Below, in pieces: positions 11,971 through 20,759 of a stretch of DNA of 23,419 nucleotides. Where the stretch lies: contig JBGAQA010000101.1 of assembly GCA_044220955.1 (NCBI GenBank), positions 1-23,419 of the forward strand, written 5' to 3'. Under the pieces are notes generated by a model. That model saw only the letters and a program-made list of their open reading frames with translations. It was not told the DNA's origin and made no database searches. Within the stretch, counting starts at the first letter, position 1. Every line of letters starts with the position of its first letter. The stretch comes from Sandaracinaceae bacterium. GTDB taxonomy: Bacteria; Myxococcota_A; Polyangia; Polyangiales; Sandaracinaceae. Position numbers and translations under genes: made by a program.

Positions 11971-12095
11971 CGAGGTCCTCGGTGGTGTCGCCCGCGTCCG
12001 CCGAACCGGCGACCGGCGGCGCATTCGACGACGGCGACGGACGCCGCATGGCGGGGTCATGCCCGCGTTCCGCGACCCGGTGTAGGGTGCCGTGC

Positions 12096-13079
12096 ATGAC
12101 CCGAGCCCTCGCCGCCGTGCTGCACGCCCCTGGTGGTCCCGACGCGATCGCGATCGAGACGATCGAGCTGCCTCCTCCGAAGGCCGGCGAAGCGCGCGTG
12201 CGGCACACGGCGATCGGCGTGAACTTCGTCGACACCTACCACCGCAGCGGGCTCTACGCGCTGCCGCTCCCGATGGTGCTCGGCGTCGAGGCTGCCGGCG
12301 TGGTCGAGGAGGTCGGCAGCGAGGTGACGCGGGTGAGGCCGGGCGACCGTGTCGGGTACGCGTCCTCCGCGGGGCCGGGCGCCTACGCCGAGGCGCGCAA
12401 CGCGCCGGCCGAGCGGCTCATCCCCCTGCCCGAGGGGATCTCCGACGAGCTCGCCGCGGCGGCACTGCTCAAGGGGATGACGACCGAGTACCTCGTGCGC
12501 CGTTGCTACCCCGTGAAGCCGGGGGACACGGTGCTCTTCCACGCGGCGGCCGGCGGCGTCGGGCTGATCGCCTGCCAGTGGCTCGCGCACCTCGGGGCGA
12601 CGACGATCGCGACCGTCGGGAGCGAGGAGAAGGCCGCCCTCGCCCGCGCGAACGGCGCGCACCACACCATCCTCTACCGCTCGGAGGACTTCGTCTCGCG
12701 CGTGCGCGAGATCACCGGAGGTCGCGGCGTGCCGATCGCCTACGACTCGGTCGGCAAGGACACGTTTCACCGGACGCTCGACTGCCTCTCGCCGCGCGGG
12801 CTCGCCGTCAGCTTCGGCAACGCCTCCGGCCCGCCGGCACCCCTCGATCTGCTGACGCTCTCGGCGAAGGGATCGCTCTACGTCACGCGCCCGACGACGG
12901 CGACCTACCTCAAGAGCGTCGAGGACCAGGACGCGAGCGCCGCCGCGCTCTTCGACGTGATGCTCCGCGGGGTGGTGAAGGTGCAGGCGCGCCGACGCTT
13001 CCCGCTCCGAGAGGCGGCCGCCGCGCACCGCGCCCTCGAGGCACGCGAGACCAGCGGCTCGGTGTTGCTCGTCCCCTGA
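12096..13079 (+). CDS. qor: NADPH:quinone oxidoreductase (zeta-crystallin/MDR family)
   Basis: AIGVNFVDTYHRSGLY, LGVEAAG, LLKGMT, HAAAGGVGLIACQW, YDSVGKDTF, SFGNASG, KGSLYVTRP. C-terminal part of track ORF 10677..13079. Confidence 0.93.
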   Translation: MTRALAAVLHAPGGPDAIAIETIELPPPKAGEARVRHTAIGVNFVDTYHRSGLYALPLPMVLGVEAAGVVEEVGSEVTRVRPGDRVGYASSAGPGAYAEARNAPAERLIPLPEGISDELAAAALLKGMTTEYLVRRCYPVKPGDTVLFHAAAGGVGLIACQWLAHLGATTIATVGSEEKAALARANGAHHTILYRSEDFVSRVREITGGRGVPIAYDSVGKDTFHRTLDCLSPRGLAVSFGNASGPPAPLDLLTLSAKGSLYVTRPTTATYLKSVEDQDASAAALFDVMLRGVVKVQARRRFPLREAAAAHRALEARETSGSVLLVP

Positions 13080-13083
13080 CCCA

Positions 13084-13389
13084 TCAGGTCAAGCCCGAGC
13101 TGGCGACCTCGCGCGCCGTCGCCAAGTTCACCGTCTCGCTGGCGAGATCGAAGAGCACGACCACCTCGCCCCTCTCGAGCTGGCGGCGCACCTGCCGCAC
13201 CTTGTCTTCGAGCGACACGTCGGCCGGGCCGTACTCGGTTCCCTCCCGCGTGACGTACTCCTCGATGACGCTCGTGAGCGCCGACGCGCTCAGCCGGTCC
13301 CAGGGCACGAGCACCCGCGGCGGCAGGCCCTCGTCCGGCGGCCGCGGTGCGTCGCGCTCGAGGCGTGTCTCGTCTTCGTCGCGCGGCAT
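13084..13389 (-). CDS. yheU: YheU family (UPF0270) protein
   Basis: VPWDRLSASALTSVIEEYVTREGTEYG...SLEDKVRQVRRQLERGEVVVLFD...ETVNL. ATG at 13389. Confidence 0.85.
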   Translation of the reverse strand: MPRDEDETRLERDAPRPPDEGLPPRVLVPWDRLSASALTSVIEEYVTREGTEYGPADVSLEDKVRQVRRQLERGEVVVLFDLASETVNLATAREVASSGLT

Positions 13390-13511
13390 TTGGCTCACCT
13401 TACGCTGGGGACGTGAGCGCGCGAGCCGACTGACGGGCGTTGCGGGAGCGGGACGCGTCGTTGCCGCGTTGGCACCTTGTGCCCTGCCCCCGAGGGCCGA
13501 CACTGTTGCAA

Positions 13512-14453
13512 ATGGACGACGACCCGAAGCTCACCCGCCGGCAGGTCCTCGCGGGCGCCACGGCCGCGCTGATGCTGGGGAGCGCCGCCGGCACCCCCGC
13601 GCCGATCCGCGCCCAGAGCGCCGCGTCGTCGTCGTCACCCGAGGAGACCCCCATGGCCAGCACGCGTCTGCCCGTCGTCTACCTGCCCCACGGGGGCGGA
13701 CCGTGGCCCTTCGTCGACGTGGGCTTCGGCGACCCCGCCGAGTACGCCCGGCTCGCCACCTACCTGCGCGGCCTGTCCTCGCTCGCTCGCCCGCGCGCGG
13801 TGCTGGCCGTCTCGGCGCACTGGGAGGAGGCGGTCCCGACCGTGATGACGTCCGCGCGCCCGCCGATGCTCTACGACTACTACGGGTTCCCACCCGAGTC
13901 GTACGCGATCGAGTGGCCCGCACCCGGAGCCCCCGAGCTCGCGGCGCGCGTGCGCGAACTGCTCTCGGCCGCCGGCATCGAGTCGGCCGCCGACGGCGCG
14001 CGTGGCTTCGATCACGGCACGTTCGTTCCGCTCAAGCTCACCTACCCCGACGCCGACGTGCCCACGATCCAGCTCTCGCTGATGCGCGGGCTCGACCCCG
14101 CCACGCACCTCGCGATCGGCCGCGCGCTCTCGCCGCTGCGCGACCAGGGTGTGCTCATCGTCGGTAGCGGCATGAGCTACCACAACATGCGCGGCTTCGG
14201 CCGTGGGGCCGCCGCGGCGGACGCGCTCGCGTTCGACACCTGGCTGGGCGAGACGGTCGCGCGCCCCGCCGCCGAGCGCGACGCGCGCCTCGCGGCATGG
14301 GCCAGCGCGCCCAGCGCCCGCGCCTGTCACCCGCGCGAGGAGCACCTCTTGCCCCTGATGGTGGTCGCCGGAGCGGCGCAGGACGATCGCGGCTCGCTCC
14401 CCTACCGCGACACGCTGCTCGGCGTGCGCGTCTCCGCCGTACACTTCGGCTGA
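13512..14453 (+). CDS. Class III extradiol dioxygenase (LigB / 4,5-DOPA dioxygenase, YgiD-like) with Tat-like N-terminal extension
   Basis: YLPHGGGP, VSAHWE, YDYYGFP, RGFDHG, GSGMSYHN, HPREEHLLPL. N-terminus LTRRQVL plus hydrophobic stretch. Alternative start ATG 13653 after GAGGAG. Confidence 0.92.
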   Translation: MDDDPKLTRRQVLAGATAALMLGSAAGTPAPIRAQSAASSSSPEETPMASTRLPVVYLPHGGGPWPFVDVGFGDPAEYARLATYLRGLSSLARPRAVLAVSAHWEEAVPTVMTSARPPMLYDYYGFPPESYAIEWPAPGAPELAARVRELLSAAGIESAADGARGFDHGTFVPLKLTYPDADVPTIQLSLMRGLDPATHLAIGRALSPLRDQGVLIVGSGMSYHNMRGFGRGAAAADALAFDTWLGETVARPAAERDARLAAWASAPSARACHPREEHLLPLMVVAGAAQDDRGSLPYRDTLLGVRVSAVHFG

Positions 14454-14552
14454 GGCGCTCGCGACGCGTCCCCGTGTCGCCGAGCACGGCGCCGGAGTCG
14501 CCCCGAGCGCCGGCGTCCGGGATCGATGCGTCCGAGCCCCGCGCGCTCGCGA

Positions 14553-16187
14553 TCAGCAGATCCCGACGCACATGAAGTCTGCGGTCACGTGCGTGACGGC
14601 ACCACCGACGAGCCAGAGATCGAATTCCGGCGAGCAGATGCTCGAGCACCCGCCGCCGAGGTCCCTGCGACCGCCGAGCTGCATGCGGCCCGGCTGCGCG
14701 CCCATGAACACCGTGCCGTCCCCCCCGACGAAGGGCGAGAGGTCCGATCCCGAGTAGCCGTTCCCCGGACCGGGCGTGCCGTGAAACACGTCCGTCGTGA
14801 CGGGCGCGCCCTCGACCACCAGGATGGCGCGCGTCGGTCCGGGCGGCGTCGCGGCGTCGGCGTCGGCGCGCCACGCGTCCACGATGGCGCTCGTGAAGAG
14901 GTACGCATCGCCCCCGACGGGCTGGACGTGCGGCGGGTAGCCGGGCGCCTCGATGCGGACCCAGCGCGGCCGGAAGTGATCGCGCACCTGCAGGGTGTAG
15001 GTCCCGTCCGGGTTGCTCGTGGCGGTGGCGACCGGGCAGACGTCGATCGTGGTGATCGTCGCGCCCCCGATGCCGGCGTGCGTCGTCGCGTCGTGGACGA
15101 TGCCGGGGATGTCCACGAGCAGGTCGGCCGTGAGCACGCACTGGCCGCTGTCGCAGAGCCGCGCGCTGGTGCCGCAGCTCACACCGCAGACGCCGCAGCG
15201 GTCCGACTGATCACAGAGCGAGGCCTCGCAGCCGTCGCCGGCGGCGCCGTTGCAGTCGAAGTGGAGCGGATCGCAGCCCGTCACGACACACGCGCCGCGG
15301 ATGCACTCCATCGTCGAGCCCGCGGCCGCGCAGGCGACGCTGGCGCCCTCGTCGGTCGTGCCGTCGCAGTCGTCGTCGACGCCGTTGCAGAGCTCCGTCG
15401 CCAGCGGATGCACGCCGATCGCGTGGTCGTCGCAGTCGCCGCCCTGGTTCGCGCGCGAGCTGGGCACGACGCAGACGATGTCGGGGGTCGCGGCCACGTC
15501 GCCGTAGCCGTCGAGATCCACGTCCGGCCACGACGAGAGCTGCACGTACTCGTCCACCATCGAGTCGCAGTCGTTGTCGACCATGTCGCAGATCTCGGTC
15601 GCGAGCTGGCTGATGTTCGGCCGCGTGTCGTCGCAGTCGCGGCCGCAGAGCGTCGTGCCGCCTGCCTGCGGATTGCAGCACGTGGTGGGCACCGCGCCGT
15701 CGTGATCGTTGTCGCCGCCACCGAGCGTCGTGGGATCGCAGTCCTGGTCGACGGCGTCGCAGATCTCGGGGTTGCCGGGGTAGATCCTCGGGTCGTCGTC
15801 GTCGCAGTCCGACCCGAGCGGGACGCCCGCGCCGTCGACGCATCGCACGTCACCGAACCCGTCCCCGTCGACGTCCGGCGCGTGCGAGACGCAGGCGTGC
15901 GTGAGCTCGATGCAGAGATCGCTCGTGCAGGCGACGTGGTCGTCGCAGACGATCGCCGTGCGCGCGCAGTAGCCGTCGACGCACGCCTCGGTGCCGTTGC
16001 AGTAGAAGCCGTCGTCGCAGTCCGCGTCGACGAAGCACGGGCGCGCCGCTGCGTCGCGGCGCGCTCCGTCGAGCGTGGCGCCCGCGTCGAAGCCGCCCGT
16101 GTCGGGCGCGTCGACGGGCTGCCCGCTGCAGGCCGGGACGAGGGCGAGGGCGAGGACGGGGACCAAGCGAAGCGCCTTACTGCACAC
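14553..16187 (-). CDS. Predicted lipoprotein with three putative metal-binding (MopE-like, DCDD...ExC.xDxDCD) repeats and a C-terminal beta-sandwich region
   Basis: Signal ...LALALVPA-C, DTGG/DAG linker, repeats such as DCDDDDPRIYPGNPEICDAVDQDCD, then GIVHDATTHAGIGGATI...ATSNPDGTYTL (carboxypeptidase-regulatory-like). Confidence 0.85.
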   Translation of the reverse strand: MCSKALRLVPVLALALVPACSGQPVDAPDTGGFDAGATLDGARRDAAARPCFVDADCDDGFYCNGTEACVDGYCARTAIVCDDHVACTSDLCIELTHACVSHAPDVDGDGFGDVRCVDGAGVPLGSDCDDDDPRIYPGNPEICDAVDQDCDPTTLGGGDNDHDGAVPTTCCNPQAGGTTLCGRDCDDTRPNISQLATEICDMVDNDCDSMVDEYVQLSSWPDVDLDGYGDVAATPDIVCVVPSSRANQGGDCDDHAIGVHPLATELCNGVDDDCDGTTDEGASVACAAAGSTMECIRGACVVTGCDPLHFDCNGAAGDGCEASLCDQSDRCGVCGVSCGTSARLCDSGQCVLTADLLVDIPGIVHDATTHAGIGGATITTIDVCPVATATSNPDGTYTLQVRDHFRPRWVRIEAPGYPPHVQPVGGDAYLFTSAIVDAWRADADAATPPGPTRAILVVEGAPVTTDVFHGTPGPGNGYSGSDLSPFVGGDGTVFMGAQPGRMQLGGRRDLGGGCSSICSPEFDLWLVGGAVTHVTADFMCVGIC

Positions 16188-16235
16188 CCGCCCAGGGTAG
16201 CGCGCCCAGGGGATCGCGTCAGCGGCCCCCGAGAA

Positions 16236-18962
16236 TCACTCGAGCTTCTTCAGCTCGTCGTCGAGCCGGTCGTCGAGCTCGGTCCGCGCGGCCGCGGGCG
16301 CCTCGGCGCGGGCGACCGAGGCCTGCCGCCCGCGGTCGCGCCAGCGCGCGGCCACCACCCAGAGGCCGACGAAGGCCGCACCGATCGCGAAGAGCGGCGC
16401 CGCCCAGAGCGCGCGGTCGAGGCCCTCGTCGCTCGGCACCGAGATGGCCTGCGCGCCGAAGCGGTCGCGGTAGCTCGACTGGATCTGCACGACGCTCATG
16501 CCCGACGCGAGCTGGCCGCGCAGCTCGGCGCGCATGTTCTCGGCCCACGAGCACCCACACGTCGAGAGGGGCAGCCGCTGGCAGTCGCCGCACTCGCAGA
16601 GCAGACGCTCGAAGAGCTGCCGCTCGACCGGATCGTGGATCTCGACGGTCCCCGCGTGCAGCGAGCTCGTCCCGTCCGACTGGGCCGAGGCGGTGCTCGC
16701 GAAGAGCGCGACGCCCGCCGCGCCCGCGAGCGCGAGCAGGAGCGCCGCCACCGCGAGGCCCGGGCGCACGGCCGGCGCCGGCGCGCGCTTCTCCTCACCG
16801 AGGAGCTCGCGGACGCTCGGCGCCGCCGCGAGGAACACGCCGAGGAGCACGATGAACCCGCCGAACCAGATCCACCACACGAGCGGGCGGTTCAGCACGC
16901 GGAAGGTCGCCCGCCCCGTCTCGGGGTCGACCGTGCTCAGGATCGCGTAGAGGTCCGAGCTCGGGGTCGAGCGGATCGCGACCTCCGTGGTCGGCATCTC
17001 GGGGTGCGAGCGGTAGACGAACTTCGCGGGGGAGACCCGCGCGACGGTCGCGCCGCCGCTCTCCACGGTGAGGTCCGCGAAGAGCATGTCGGCGCTCGAG
17101 TCGACCTCCGTGCGCGCGTGCTCGAAGCGCAGCGTGAAGCCCGCGACCTGCATGGTCTCGCCGGAGCCGAGGGTGTCCTCGCGCTCGACGTCGTAGGCGG
17201 CGCCGAGGAAGCCGAGGAACATCAGGACGACACCGAGGTGCACGACGTAGCCGCCGTAGCGGCGGCGCGCGCGAACGAACATCGTCACGAGCGCCATCGG
17301 CGCCGACTCCTTGGTCGAGCGCATGCGGGCGGCGGTTCCGCGCGCGAACTCCTGCACCACGGTGGCGATCACGAACGCGCCGATGACCGTGCAGAGCAGG
17401 GGCTCGACGCTCGAGACGCGCGCGAGCGCGGTGCCGACCCAGGTCTCGTAGATCTCGGTCGAGCTCACGAAGGGCGGGAGCCCGACGAGGCCGCCGAACA
17501 GGAAGTGCAGGCCGCCGACGGTGACGCCGACGATGCCCGGCTTCACGAACGCGTCGCGCAGGTTCCTGCCGCTCGCGCGCCGCCACGCGATGAGGGGCCC
17601 GACGCCCATCAGGAACAAGAGACAGAGCGCGAGCGGGACCATCCAGCGGTTGTAGTAGGCGGGCCCTACCGTCACCGTCTCGCCGCGGGTGGCCTCGCTG
17701 ATGAGCGGGAACGTGGTCGCGACGAGCACGAACACGAACATCCCGACGAGGATCCAGTTGTTCAGCAGGAACATGAACTCGCGCGAGAGCAGGGAGTCGA
17801 TCTCGCCGGTCGCGCGCGCCTCGACCTTCGGCTTGCGGACGACCTCGACGAGCTTCGCGTAGCCGACGAGCGGGATCATCAGCACCATGCCGATGCGCGG
17901 GATGCCGCGGGTGTTGATCAGGTCGTCCATGCCGATGAGGCGGCCGCGCAGCTCGGGCAGGCGAAAGGAGATGAGCGTGATGATGAACACGCCGAGCACG
18001 AGCATGTACCAGGCGAAGTACTGGCCGATGTCGGAGCGGGCGAAGCTGTGGACGCTGGCGATCAGGCCCGATCGCGTGAGGAACGTGCCGAAGATCGTGA
18101 AGAAGAACGTCGCGCAGAGCAGCGACACGTTCCAGACGCGCAGCATCCCGCGGCGCTCCTGGATCATCACCGAGTGCATGTAGGCGGTGCCGAGGAGCAG
18201 GGGCATGAACGAGGCGTTCTCGACCGGATCCCACGCCCAGTAGCCGCCCCAGCCGAGCTCCTCGTAGCTCCAGAACATGCCGAGCATGTTGCCGAGCGCC
18301 AGGAAGCCCCAGGCGAGCAGCATCCAGCGCCGGGTGGCGATCATCCACTCGTCGCCGAGGCGGCCGGTCCAGAGCGCCGCGACGCACATCGCGAACGGGA
18401 TCGACCAGCCGGTGAGGCCCATGTAGAGGGCGGGGGGATGGATGGCCATCCAGTAGTTCTGGAGCAGCGGGTTGAGGCCCTCGCCGTCGGCGGGGGACAT
18501 CGTCGCACCCGCGGTGCCGAAGGGATTGGCGGCGAAGAGCATGAGCCCGGCGAAGAAGGCGAAGATGCTCGCGAGGGTCGCGAACGCGACCGACTGCAGC
18601 TCGCGGTACTTGTCGCGGATCCAGACCGTGAACGCGAGCGAGTAGCCGGCGAGCAGGAACGACCACCAGAGCAGCGATCCGTCCTGGCCGCCCCAGAGCG
18701 CGGTCCAGAGGTAGCCGGCGGTCATCGAGCGGTCGCTGTAGCGCTCGACGTAGCGGATGCGGAAGTCGTGCGCCTGGAACGCGTAGGCCAGCAGGAACAC
18801 CGCGCTCGCCACGAGCGCGATCGTCGCGAACATGCCGGCCCGCGACGCAGGGAGCAGGTGCGGTCGGCCGCGCGCCGCGGCGATCGAGACGGCGAAGGTG
18901 TACGACGCTGCCACCAGGATCGCGGCGAGGAGCAGGCTACCGAGCGCGGGAACGTCCACCAT
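16236..18962 (-). CDS. ccmF: Cytochrome c maturation heme lyase CcmF fused to a C-terminal CcmH-like domain (908 aa)
   Basis: WGGQDGSLL, GLNPLLQNYWMAIHPP, WGGYWAWDPVENASFMP, GTFLTRSGLIASVHSF. Continues without a stop into LLCECGDC...MRAELRGQLASG...YRDRFG...LWAAP (CcmH-like). True start MVDVPALG at 18962. Confidence 0.93.
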   Translation of the reverse strand: MVDVPALGSLLLAAILVAASYTFAVSIAAARGRPHLLPASRAGMFATIALVASAVFLLAYAFQAHDFRIRYVERYSDRSMTAGYLWTALWGGQDGSLLWWSFLLAGYSLAFTVWIRDKYRELQSVAFATLASIFAFFAGLMLFAANPFGTAGATMSPADGEGLNPLLQNYWMAIHPPALYMGLTGWSIPFAMCVAALWTGRLGDEWMIATRRWMLLAWGFLALGNMLGMFWSYEELGWGGYWAWDPVENASFMPLLLGTAYMHSVMIQERRGMLRVWNVSLLCATFFFTIFGTFLTRSGLIASVHSFARSDIGQYFAWYMLVLGVFIITLISFRLPELRGRLIGMDDLINTRGIPRIGMVLMIPLVGYAKLVEVVRKPKVEARATGEIDSLLSREFMFLLNNWILVGMFVFVLVATTFPLISEATRGETVTVGPAYYNRWMVPLALCLLFLMGVGPLIAWRRASGRNLRDAFVKPGIVGVTVGGLHFLFGGLVGLPPFVSSTEIYETWVGTALARVSSVEPLLCTVIGAFVIATVVQEFARGTAARMRSTKESAPMALVTMFVRARRRYGGYVVHLGVVLMFLGFLGAAYDVEREDTLGSGETMQVAGFTLRFEHARTEVDSSADMLFADLTVESGGATVARVSPAKFVYRSHPEMPTTEVAIRSTPSSDLYAILSTVDPETGRATFRVLNRPLVWWIWFGGFIVLLGVFLAAAPSVRELLGEEKRAPAPAVRPGLAVAALLLALAGAAGVALFASTASAQSDGTSSLHAGTVEIHDPVERQLFERLLCECGDCQRLPLSTCGCSWAENMRAELRGQLASGMSVVQIQSSYRDRFGAQAISVPSDEGLDRALWAAPLFAIGAAFVGLWVVAARWRDRGRQASVARAEAPAAARTELDDRLDDELKKLE

Positions 18963-19028
18963 CGCCCGGGAGCGTAGGCTCCTCCTCTTGTCGCGTCCAT
19001 GCGCGCCGAGCGGGTATCCTCGCCGTTC

Positions 19029-20759
19029 GTGCTGGCGCGACCCTCGGTCCTCGTGCTCGTCCTGGCGCTCGTGGCGTGTCAGAGCGGAGCGACGCCTGGC
19101 GCGAGCTGCGCGCGCCAGTCCGACTGCGCCTCGCCGCTGGTGTGCGCGTACGGACGCTGCCGCGCCGAGTGCCAGCAGAACCGCGACTGCCCGGCCGGCG
19201 CGAGCTGCCTGCTCGTCGACGGCGTCGGCGGCGCCTGCTCGCTCGAGGTCGACACCGGGTGCGAGACGGGCGTCGGGCGCGCGTGCGCGACGGGGCTCGT
19301 GTGCGCGGCCGATCGCTGCGAGGGCGGGTGCGCGACCGACGCCGAGTGCCCGAGCGACGCGACGTGCCTGCGCCTCGCCACGGGCGCGGGCTTCTGCTTC
19401 GACACCCGGACCGGCGCCGACGCGGGCCTCGGGCCGCCGGACGGGGGAAGAGATGCCGCGGGGGACGCGGGCCGCGACGCGGGCTCGCTGCAGACCGACG
19501 CGGGCCCCGCGCTCGACGCGTTCGTGGTCCCGCCGATCGGCGTGCTCGACGTCTGTCTCGGGACCACGGGCGGCTGCGCGATCGGGCACGACCGCAACGT
19601 CTACTGCTGGGGCTCGGGCGCGGACGGCCGGCTCGGCACGGGCACGTGCACGACGCCGGGCCCCGACGCCAGCGTCCCGATGCGCATCCCGGGGCTCGCC
19701 GACGTCGACGCGATCGCTTGCGGGGACCGCTTCCAGTGCGCGCACGTCGCGACCGACGGCAGCTTCCTGTGCTGGGGCCTCGGCGATCGGCAGCAGCTCG
19801 GGCAGCCGGCGCCCGGGGGCTGCTCGACGAGCCCGGTGAACGTCCTCGACCCGCTCACGACGCCGCCGCGGATGCCGCTCACGGAGCACGACCTCTCGAG
19901 CCTCTCGGCCGCCGGGGGACACGCGTGCGCCCTCGCTCCGAGACCCGTGGGCGGCTCGGGCAGCAACTACGTCGACTGCTGGGGAGACAACGCCGGCGGG
20001 ATCATCGATCCGATGATGCCGCCGACCGCGCTCTTCGAGGCCGTACAGCCGACCTTCTGGGCCGTCTTCCCCCCCACGTTCGCCTCGATCGCGCTCGCCC
20101 CCGGAGGGCTCTGCGCGCGCAACGAGAGCTCCGGGGTGTCGCCGGCCCAGATCGACGTCGTCTGCACCGGCGACGACGCTCACATGGAGCGCGGCGGCGT
20201 CTCGGTCGACACGACGCCGATCCCGGCCGCGACGCTCAGCCGCGCGCTCGTGGCCGGTCGCGCGCACCGCTGCATCCTCGATCTGCACCGCGACGTGCGC
20301 TGCTGGGGCGACGGACACCTCGGGCAGCTCGGCGTCGACCCCGCCACGCTGCCCTCGCTCTGCGGCGCGGATCGCTGCGACTCGAGCCTGCACACGATCA
20401 CCGCGAGCGCGGTCTCGTTCGTGAGCGTCGCCGCGAGCGGCGACGGCGACACGACGTGCGGCGTGATCGCGGGGCAGCCCCTCCCCGACGAGGTGCTCTG
20501 CTGGGGCGCGAACGATCGCGCGCAGGCGGGGCGCGCTCCGAGCGCCCTCGCGCTGCCGGCCACGACGGGGGGCATGGCGGCGCCGGTGACGGTCGACGGG
20601 ACGCGGCCGCTCTCGCGCGTTCGGCGCGTCGCGGTCGGGCCCGGCGCCGCGTGCGCGATCGACGACCAGGAGACGCTCTACTGCTGGGGCGACTATCTCT
20701 TCGGGGCGGCGAGCCCGACCCCGAGCGCCACGGTGCTGTCCATCCCCGGAGGCCCCTGA
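19029..20759 (+). CDS. Predicted lipoprotein: Cys-rich N-terminal domain plus RCC1/BLIP-II-like repeats (paralog A)
   Basis: GTG 19029 gives MLARPSVLVLVLALVA-C. Repeated CWGx(N/D/G)xxGQLG-type motifs. Track start 18999 is probably too far upstream. Confidence 0.85.
   Translation: MLARPSVLVLVLALVACQSGATPGASCARQSDCASPLVCAYGRCRAECQQNRDCPAGASCLLVDGVGGACSLEVDTGCETGVGRACATGLVCAADRCEGGCATDAECPSDATCLRLATGAGFCFDTRTGADAGLGPPDGGRDAAGDAGRDAGSLQTDAGPALDAFVVPPIGVLDVCLGTTGGCAIGHDRNVYCWGSGADGRLGTGTCTTPGPDASVPMRIPGLADVDAIACGDRFQCAHVATDGSFLCWGLGDRQQLGQPAPGGCSTSPVNVLDPLTTPPRMPLTEHDLSSLSAAGGHACALAPRPVGGSGSNYVDCWGDNAGGIIDPMMPPTALFEAVQPTFWAVFPPTFASIALAPGGLCARNESSGVSPAQIDVVCTGDDAHMERGGVSVDTTPIPAATLSRALVAGRAHRCILDLHRDVRCWGDGHLGQLGVDPATLPSLCGADRCDSSLHTITASAVSFVSVAASGDGDTTCGVIAGQPLPDEVLCWGANDRAQAGRAPSALALPATTGGMAAPVTVDGTRPLSRVRRVAVGPGAACAIDDQETLYCWGDYLFGAASPTPSATVLSIPGGP

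Noticed and set aside
11971..12080. GC-rich stem between guaB and qor (GCGTCCG...CGGACGC) as a terminator or riboswitch
   Set aside because: No U-tract and no recognisable riboswitch core; such pairing is expected at this GC content.
13469..13487. TTGGCAC as a sigma54 -24 element
   Set aside because: No GC at the required -12 position (10 nt after the GG comes CC).
14526..18977. 1483-aa plus-strand ORF
   Set aside because: Antisense of the lipoprotein and ccmF-ccmH genes; no independent motifs.
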